The notes under the pieces: model-generated
Told to the model about the DNA's origin: nothing
Databases searched by the model: none
The model's input: only the letters and a program-made list of their open reading frames with translations
Part shown: positions 55,801 to 64,000 of the stretch, piece by piece
Layout of the letters: every line of letters starts with the position of its first letter
Position numbering within the stretch: position 1 is the stretch's first letter
From: Bugula neritina
Lineage: Eukaryota > Animalia > Bryozoa
DNA: 64,000 nucleotides
Direction: 5' to 3'
Assembly: GCA_964035545.1 (NCBI GenBank)
Contig: OZ037766.1
Coordinates: forward strand, 13,754,722 to 13,818,721
Program-made: the position numbers and the translations under genes

Positions 55801-55947
55801 AAGTTACCAAAGGTGGAATACTAATTTCATTTCAATACAGAGGACCTATTACTTTTGAACACTGTATTTTTAGATTTCAAACCATTTGATCTGGAACAGT
55901 GGCTAGAAGACCAACTATATCATAAATATACAGACACAAGTTCCTAG
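52857..55947 (+). CDS. MCRIP2: MAPK-regulated corepressor-interacting protein (MCRIP/FAM195 family), 6 exons, 140 aa
   Basis: Exons 52857-52917, 54304-54388, 54837-54931, 55062-55118, 55375-55425 and 55874-55947 join in phase. ...PVF...YTANHVQLVDYLWRTWQ...EKDINPVLKDFKPFDLEQWLEDQLYHKYT matches the FAM195 pattern (H..NV.F...AWQ; NP.L..F.PIDL.EWW). Paralogue assignment is uncertain. Confidence 0.8.
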
Positions 55948-56389
55948 CACACATTGCATGGCTGTGTACTTACATCCATCCCTGCCTTGTAAAGTAGTTA
56001 AGAACACCTAGTGGTATATGCTTTATGTATGTACATTTTCAATTGTGCCAACAATGAGTGTGAAGTTGTTTAGTGATTTCTTTTTAACTTATTACTCTTG
56101 TATTATCGATGTACAATATTTCTGGACATAGCTTTACATATTTCAATTTTGAAATTATATCTTAGATTGTGCAAAAAACTGAGTCCAAGTTTATACTTTT
56201 CATGGCAAAAATTGATCTTATGTTGTATTGTGTTGGTATTTAATAATAGTTTTTGCAAAATCCATAAAGCCGTTATGCAGTTTATTATAAATATTGTTAT
56301 AAATAGTATTATTCAACTAGCATGCCCTTAAAAGCATAGAGTACTGTTTTCTGGTTTGCTATACTACCAAAAAAAGTCTCCAGTCAGTA

Positions 56390-59300
56390 TTAATCAAAAG
56401 AAATTAATTGTGATTCCTCTTGTGGAGGGGGTGCCTGTTGGTAAGGAGGGGTGGGTGCACTGCCCAGTTGATTAGTACCAGGTTGCTGCATCTCTCCACC
56501 CATACCACTAATTCCTGGCTGTCCAATATACTGCTGAGGTTGGTGAACACCAGTCTGGTAAGTGTGTAATGGCTGACCAGTTGCCGGTAAATTCTCAGTC
56601 ATACCTGAAACAAGTTAATTATTACAACAGCTGAGCTACTAATTATATTTTCATTTTCTTCTTGAATTGGTTGAAAGTAATTAATTGCCCAAAAAAGTCA
56701 TAGCCATAAAATTCCTCAAGACATTTTACTTATAATGCTTTTCTACAAAAATTATTATACATTTATGGATTTACATGTACCACGAAAACAAATGTGTACA
56801 GCTTACAACATGCGCAGAAATCTGTAAAAGGCAAATATTTAGCAGACCTTCTTGAATTCAACTCAACAGGGAGTATTTCGATTTTATTTAGTATATGTGA
56901 TAATGTACACAATATTTAAAATAGACTAAAAGCAATACCTTGCATATTATAAGGGTTGTAGGTCATGCCTTCAGTTTGCTGCTGATATCCACCATAGCTC
57001 TGCTGACTAGCCGAGGGCTGATACAGGCCACTCTGATAAGTTTGCTGCATTGTGTTGGGAACACCTAATGGAATGAAACATAATGAATTAGTTTTCAACT
57101 CTAAAGCCTTGTGGCAACACTACAGCAAGTAGGTATATTTTGGTAAACTCACGCAAGTTTAGAGTCACTACCCCTGTGAGAAAACCCCTGATGGAAAGGA
57201 TTTTTGTTGAAACGGGCTAAGGATTTATTTAAATGAGGCACAGGAGCAATTACGACTATATGCTCTTCCTAACATCACCAATGGCCTTTGTCTGAGCTCG
57301 AACCCATGACCTCATGTTTACTAGGCAAACGCTCTAACCCCTAGACCACGGCTGCTCCCTTAGGTATATTTTGGTAAAGAAAAGAATAAATTATGTATAT
57401 CTTATTGAGAGTTGCAACTTCTTAGTGAAAAATCAACAAAATATAGCAAAAGATTTAACAAATGTAGGTGTTGATAACTTTAATCAGATTAACTTGGCAT
57501 TAAATTTCAACTGAAGTATTTGTGCGACCATAAAGCCCTGGTTTTAGCTATAGATTAATACAACTGATCTATCGGTAAGATGTCGGGAGAGAAATCTAAA
57601 AGATAACATCTCACCAGGTTGTTGTCCAGAAATCTGGGCAGGTGGAACTTGCATCTGAGGCTGTGAAGGTGGAACCTGCATCTGCTGTTGTGAAGGTGGA
57701 ACCTGCATTTGCTGTTGTGAAGGTGGAACCTGCATCTGAGGCTGTGAAGGTGGAACCTGCATCTGAGGCTGTGAAGGTGGAACCTGCATCTGAGGCTGGT
57801 TGAGCTGCTGGTGTGGCAGCTGCTGCTGATAGACATTGTATTGCGGGATTTGCTGATTGCTGAAAACTTGTTGCTGTTCAACAGCAGTTGGCTGATATTG
57901 CTGTTGCTGTGGTGGTGGATACTGATGCATATATTCAGCAGTCATGGGGTTATACTGTCCATAGCCTGTCTGCAGCTCCTATAATATGACAAGTTAACAG
58001 TTATTTAGCTTTACCAACATATTATATACATGTATATATGTAATGGTCGACGTCTACTGGGCAGAACACATTCTTTGAAGTGGTGCTAAGCACACTGGGC
58101 TCCTCTACCTAGACTGCCATTAGTTTGAGCAATACAGCCCCCAATACAAACAATATTTAATCAATAATTGCAATTTTATGTTTGTATTTATACTAGTATA
58201 AACAGAGTTCAACAGCAATTAAGTCAACTTTCAAAATTGCTTAACCATAGATTCATTCTTATTTACCTTTGTCGAATAATTGTGAAGTTACAAAACGTAA
58301 CATTTTTTCAACAATTTACAATAACTGTATAGCATTCAAGTTTTGATGATGTGAAAAATGTTGATAATATAATTTTATTTTCTATTTTTTTTACTATAAA
58401 CTAGTTCCATGTAGAATAGAGCCACAATAACAATAATAAGCTAGAATAATTCAATATTTTAAAAACTCAAGTTGCTTTAAACAACATATTTACAAAACTT
58501 CAATTAAATGAGAAATTAAACTATAAATCTCACAAAGTGGGCCAACTGGTGACAGGAGTGCCTTAAGGTAGAACTACTACATAGTGCAACTAAGCTTACG
58601 TAAACACTATCATTGATTATCATTTAATTTAATAACAAAATTTCATGTTTTGGGTGAATCTTTGACATTAACTGCATCTATTATTAGTGAACTCTCCCAA
58701 GCTTTGATACAGCAAAATATGTATAGGGCTATAGGCAGAGTGTAACTAAAAACAATTTTAAACTATTTGAACTGTTTAGTTGAAAATTAGAAAAAATTAC
58801 CCTTTACTCATGATTATTTACACCAAATAATAGTATCGGGACACGTTGGTGAAAGATGAACAATAGTAAAGCTTGAGATATCTGATCTTTTTATGTTCAG
58901 TATTCATAAAAACCGCTTTTACTCCTTTTGAAAACTCAACTAGCATCATTGTAAATTAGATTTTGTCATTTTTATAAAGTACTTCCACGAGAGAAGACAA
59001 GTATTTATTACCACATAATTTTCGAACTTTTATCCTTAAGCTGAAAAACAACTTGAATGGTATTACTGAACCAACTAAACTAGAACCTGGGGGAAGCCGT
59101 GAAGCTGCATCTGTCTCATTTGCGTTTGCTGTTTCTGCATTTCTATTCTGGCAGCCATCTCTGCCTGCTGCTGCTGCAGCCTCTGCATCGCCTCTAACCT
59201 CTGTCTATCCAACACTTGCTGTTAAAATATGCTAGAATCAAATATAAACAGCTTCAAAACAGCATGCACATGCTTATTCTACAAAATTTCAAAATAACTT

Positions 59301-62300
59301 AGACTATCAATATGATTTTCAACATGAACTGTATGAAATGCTGGTAGCATCGACATTCTATAAGAACAAAAGAATAGTAGGTACAATATTGGAAAGTTGA
59401 ATATCTGCAGCACCAACTGAGACCGCTTATATTCTAAAAAAAAAGAGAAGACGACTATTGAGTTACTTAAAGCTGACTCAACATTAAACCAAACACATGT
59501 TTGGCCAATATATAATCTGATGCAGAGTGTATTGGTCAGTAGTGAGTGTCTAATAGAAAGAGAGATGCATATTTGAGAGGGCAATTGTGGTGGTTATGAC
59601 TATGAGAAGGAAAATCCAATTAAATCAAAGCAATACATGACCTTGTGAGTAACACCAACCTGTTTCTGTTTTCTCAATACATCTAATTTCTGCATCATTT
59701 GGATTTGCTTTCTCTTGGCTTTCTCTTCGGCCTCGATACGACGTTTCTCAGCATGTTCGTCTCTAAGAGAGGTAAGAGCATCTCTGGCATCTCTTAATTG
59801 CGCCAACTTGTCTTGCAGACTTTCGTAGTGTGCTAAAACATCGATAATACGATATATAACCAAATAGTAAAATATATTTAAGTTTTTTTTTCAAAATCAT
59901 TACCCCGCAGACTTAAAATAGCGCCCAATGAGTGCTCTAACAAACTTTATCAAAACTTGTTTAGCAATCACATAATGTAAAATATATAGACAGAGATTAT
60001 GAAGATTACAAACTATCAACTTATATAATCTGTCATAAAGGAAGGATAACGCATATACGTTGATGTAGCTGACCTACACTGGTAATAAACCAAGTCACTG
60101 TATACTTAATAATCTACACCGGCATTATACTGGATGTACAGATTATATAGAGCTAAATCTAGACCAGTATTATAGTAAACGTATAAATGATAAAGAGCTA
60201 AATCTAGACCAGTATTATGGTAGATAGGTAAATGATGTGGAGCAAGATGTATAGAATATACGGAGCTAAATCAAGAGCAAATTAATCTACTCACATCTCT
60301 TATCTTCCAGAGCCTGCAGGTAGCTGAGTAGCTGAGGGTGCATATTCTGTAGAGTAGCAAACAGCGTCTGCACGGCGGAGTCATTAATGATGCTCCTGCC
60401 TCGCACAGAGTCGCTGTTCATTCTGTTGACAAACACATCAATGCTGCTGGACATGGCCTTCATAAACTGCTCCTTGTCAGCGTCACTCTCCTCCGGTACA
60501 ACATCTCTCTCCACTGGCGCAGTCTGCAAACTCTACCGACATAACACATCAGTCAGTATGTGTATTCAAAGAGCAAGCTTGTTGGGTGCTATTTTAACAT
60601 ACAGACTGCATATTTTGAACTTGTATAGCTGGTAATACAAAACACTTTGCAAAAGATTTAAAAATCATCAATTATTAATTTTACTATTCACTATTACTAT
60701 TTACTTGATGAAGTAAAGCCTCAACTAATATGTCAGAATAATATCGAGTTTACAATGTAAAGCGCTGATCATACTTTGACTTGATTAATTTGACACTCAC
60801 ATTCTTGTCTGTATATTTATTGATGGAAGAATACAAGGGCTCAGATTGTGATGGAGGTGGCGCACTCGGTGTAGTGGCAACCGGCTCATAGCTGCGTCCA
60901 TTCTGAGCGGGCTGAGTCTGAGCAGTGCTAGCAGCAGGACTAGGAGTTGCCTCCTTCTGTCTCTGCTCCCAGTAGTTCCTGTTGAGGTACTTCTGCAGCT
61001 CCGGAGTCATCAAATCATTGTCCAGCTCAATCTTAGGACCGGTTGGCTGAGCCTGCCAGTACAGATACTAACATTTTGTCTGTTTTGTTATATTTAGTCA
61101 AAAGTGAAAAGAAATACGTATATAACTAAAAAAGAAAAAATGACAAAGAATCCATGATAAACTACACTTACGCGGAATTAAAATATTTTTTTATATATCA
61201 AGTTTCATCTAAGAAACAATTTTGTTTTATAAGAAAGTCCGTGGACATATGTGCTGAATTGTTTACTGACGAAGTTTTCGTTAGGTTTTGGTTATTATAA
61301 AACTTATACTATTTATAGCTGACTTTCATTGCTTGCTATTTTTAGCTGTTGCAACACAGAGATTGATAACTGAGTGGACTTGAAAGTTTAAACTGTTAAC
61401 TAATACTTACTACTACAGTGCGACTGCTATCATCACCCATTCCTGCAGGGGGCGTGGCATCCAGTGACATGAATGTTTGCCTCTTCCTTTTTTCTTGATC
61501 CTTGGCTTCAGCTTCACTCTGACTTATAGCCAATGCTAGTTGTAGCTGTTCCTCTTCTTCTATTTCTTCTTTTGACTTTCCTATTATACAGCATGAGATT
61601 AAAGCACTGTTACACAACTCCACACTTTCTGGTAATGCTGACTTCACTAGGATGAGTTTTGCAATAGATATTATGAGCTTGTTTTATGGACAAGGGATTC
61701 AAACCATACCAAAAATAAAATCTAAAAAACTTCTCTTGAAAAATTCAAAATCATTTTGGGGACAATGGAATACTGTAAAAATTAAAAACAATTAGCTATT
61801 AATGCTTGTTTTGAAATTCAAATAAATCTTGTCACTTTTCAGAAACAGCATCAATCCTTTAGCTCTATCAATAACCTATGTTTGTCCAGGTAACCAAGTC
61901 ACTAGTTAAAAAGTTCCACTCCCATAACTCATGTATCTCAGTATCTTAAAAGTTATCTTTAAGTAACTTTTTCATAAAAAAAGATCAATTTTTAACAATT
62001 TTTTGGGATGAAAATTAATACAAACTACTTAAAGTTAAAGAGAACGAGGAAAAAAATTCTATGTTAATTTTTATGCAGTTTTCACTTCAAAAAGAAACAA
62101 GAAACTTGCATGAGGTTTTCTCATGGTTGAAAGCTATTTTAAAAGAGCTGTTATTCAAAATATAAATGATAAATAGTATATGCATAAAATATATGTATAT
62201 ATTTGTCTAATACATGTATATAATATATGTGCGTGCGTGTGTGTGTGTATATATATTATATGTATACAATATATGCATTTATTATATGTATATGCGTGTA

Positions 62301-63457
62301 ATATATGTATATATTTATATGTATATATTATATGTATACAATATATGTATTTATTATATGTATATGCGTGTAATATATGTATATAATATATGTATATATA
62401 CTAATATGTATATATTATATGTATACAATATATGCATTTGTTATATGTATATATGTAATATATGTATATAATATATTTATATATGTGTGTAATACAATGT
62501 ATATAATATATGTAGTATATAATATATGTATATAATATGTGTATATAATATATGTATATAATATATATGGTATATAATATATATGTATATATACCTCCAG
62601 TGGTTGGGTTCTGACTCTGGGTCAATGACTGTTTATAAAGAGGACTATTTAGATACTCTTGAGGCAGGCCAGACTCATCATCTGTTACCTCTGCCCCACC
62701 TCTATAAATGACATACAGAGAAGTGTTCTACTATTGTAAACACCTTCTTATATATTACATAGTGATAATTAATATCACCACAGCTGTCTGACACAAAAAG
62801 AGATCCACAAACCGCACAGAAACTACAGGACATTAATATGGGTTAGCTAAAAGAAATTTATGTATTGTATCTTATGAACTAGATTGTAACTCGTACATCA
62901 ATTGCTATTAAAATGTCATAAATTCAAGTCAGTATTCAATTATTACCTTGTCTTATTCAGCTTAGCATAGCAGGCATCACAGACACGCACTTCCTTCTCA
63001 ATGCCAAACTTAGGAATGGTGCTGTTCTTGGATGAACACTTGGAACAAAAACTTTGTCCACAAGCTCTGCAGTGATGCTAAAAACACACATAATGTACAT
63101 CACTTTACACAACAAACAGAAATGAATGTAACTGGTGAATAATAGCGAGTTGCTCAAGCAGTATTATCTGCAGCTTTCAATGGAATCACTTAAATTTAAC
63201 TAAACCGATTGGCCCTTTCTGGTTTAAATTATCCACGTTTTATTGCACTTGCAACACTTGAAATTTGAATGGGCAACTAGACAGTGACCTTAATCTGAAC
63301 CTTAGTTGACCTTGACATAAATGCCTGCTCCTTACCCTTCTAGTCAGCATGCCAAAGTCATTTCTGCATGCAAAGCAGGATTCTTCTTCCTTCCACTGTG
63401 GAGGAACTTCAGAAGTGAACATTGCATCAGCCTCACGCAAAGTTGGAAATGACACAC
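56390..63457 (-). CDS. HGS: Hepatocyte growth factor-regulated tyrosine kinase substrate (Hrs, ESCRT-0); 5' VHS exons outside window
   Basis: FYVE domain (W.EEESCFAC...RRHHCRACG...KEVRVCDAC), UIM (EEEEQLQLALAISQSEAE), YLNRNYWEQ, RGRSIINDSAVQTLF, YESLQDKLAQLRDARDAL coiled coil, Gln/Pro-rich tail and C-terminal clathrin box QLISFD*. Confidence 0.96.
57148..57360 (-). mobile_element. Full-length tRNA-derived SINE (213 bp) in an HGS intron
   Basis: 18-bp TSD TAGGTATATTTTGGTAAA (57130-57147, 57361-57378); A-box-like TGGTCTAGGGG and B-box-like GGTTCGAGCTC on the - strand; second copy at 26705-26910. Confidence 0.88.
57641..57798 (-). repeat. 27-bp coding tandem repeat (Q[P/Q]QMQVPPS x6) in HGS
   Basis: Visible in the DNA and in the translation of ORF 57544-57945. 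Confidence 0.93.
62177..62593. repeat. Degenerate TA-rich simple repeat / minisatellite in an HGS intron
   Basis: Repeating tatatgtatata / tattatatgtatacaat units. Confidence 0.9.
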
Positions 63458-64000
63458 CTGAAATATTATTCAAAGAATTCTTTTAGGGAATCAAAACATT
63501 TCACTCAAATTCACAACACCTATTTAATTATTTAACGAGCAAATCAAATTCTCTAAGGCGCAAATGTTGACTGAAAAGAGCGATTGCTTACTTGAGGGTA
63601 AAATGAATACGCTTCACAACTAAAAAGTAACTTTGCAACAGGTGTCACAAAATTAATTAGCTATTAAGCCGAAAAAGCTGTTACAATTGGCGGAGAAAGT
63701 TGGTTATACAAGTTGTACTTTATTAATCATATTTGACCACTTAGATTTTAGGCTATGCCAGCCATTACAAAAATAAATTAATAGCAATTGTTGAACAGTT
63801 ATATTATTTCCAGGAGAATCACTCAGTATTTGTGACAGTTTTCTTGGCAAAATCTTTTATTCATTAATTGTTTTTTGTGAATTAAAAAAAGGTCAACATG
63901 AAGCTTCGTGCTTCATATATTATTTTAAAACTTTTGAATTGGATTGAAATTGGCGGGATTAAATATTTTCACTTACATTTTAACCAAAAATATGGTTACT

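Noticed and set aside
57290-57360. Possible tRNA gene
   Set aside because: No proper acceptor stem, embedded in a 213-bp repeat with a TSD and other diverged copies; it is a SINE head.

Overview
AT-rich, intron-dense metazoan (invertebrate-like) genomic DNA; the species cannot be determined from the sequence. Host genes, in order: the 3' end of an unidentified + strand gene (1-4758), an unidentified - strand gene (~5.5-7.5 kb), POLR1F/RPA43 (-), CKAP5/ch-TOG/XMAP215 (+, ~20 kb), a six-exon MCRIP/FAM195-family gene missed by the ORF track (+), and the 3' part of HGS/Hrs (-). Two GC-rich, related Ty3/Gypsy LTR retrotransposons lie on the - strand (A: 13987-21542; B: 45073-50337). Each has LTRs in which I see no differences, a 4-bp TSD, a tRNA-Leu PBS and the same PPT-adjacent hairpin. 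Their coding defects look reciprocal. Element A has intact RT/RNase H/integrase, but its Gag zinc knuckle has lost all three Cys, gag is fused in frame to pol and its protease lacks the ILG motif. Element B has intact Gag with a CCHC knuckle, a -1 frameshift signal and a complete protease, but RT, RNase H and the integrase core are removed by in-frame deletions. Both carry a third ORF encoding a C2H2 zinc-finger plus coiled-coil protein in the env position. The best candidate for a new system is a mutually complementing (bipartite) LTR retrotransposon pair with a zinc-finger accessory gene; this is an inference from one copy of each. tRNA-derived SINEs, MITEs and simple repeats are also present. 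All alignments were made by eye.
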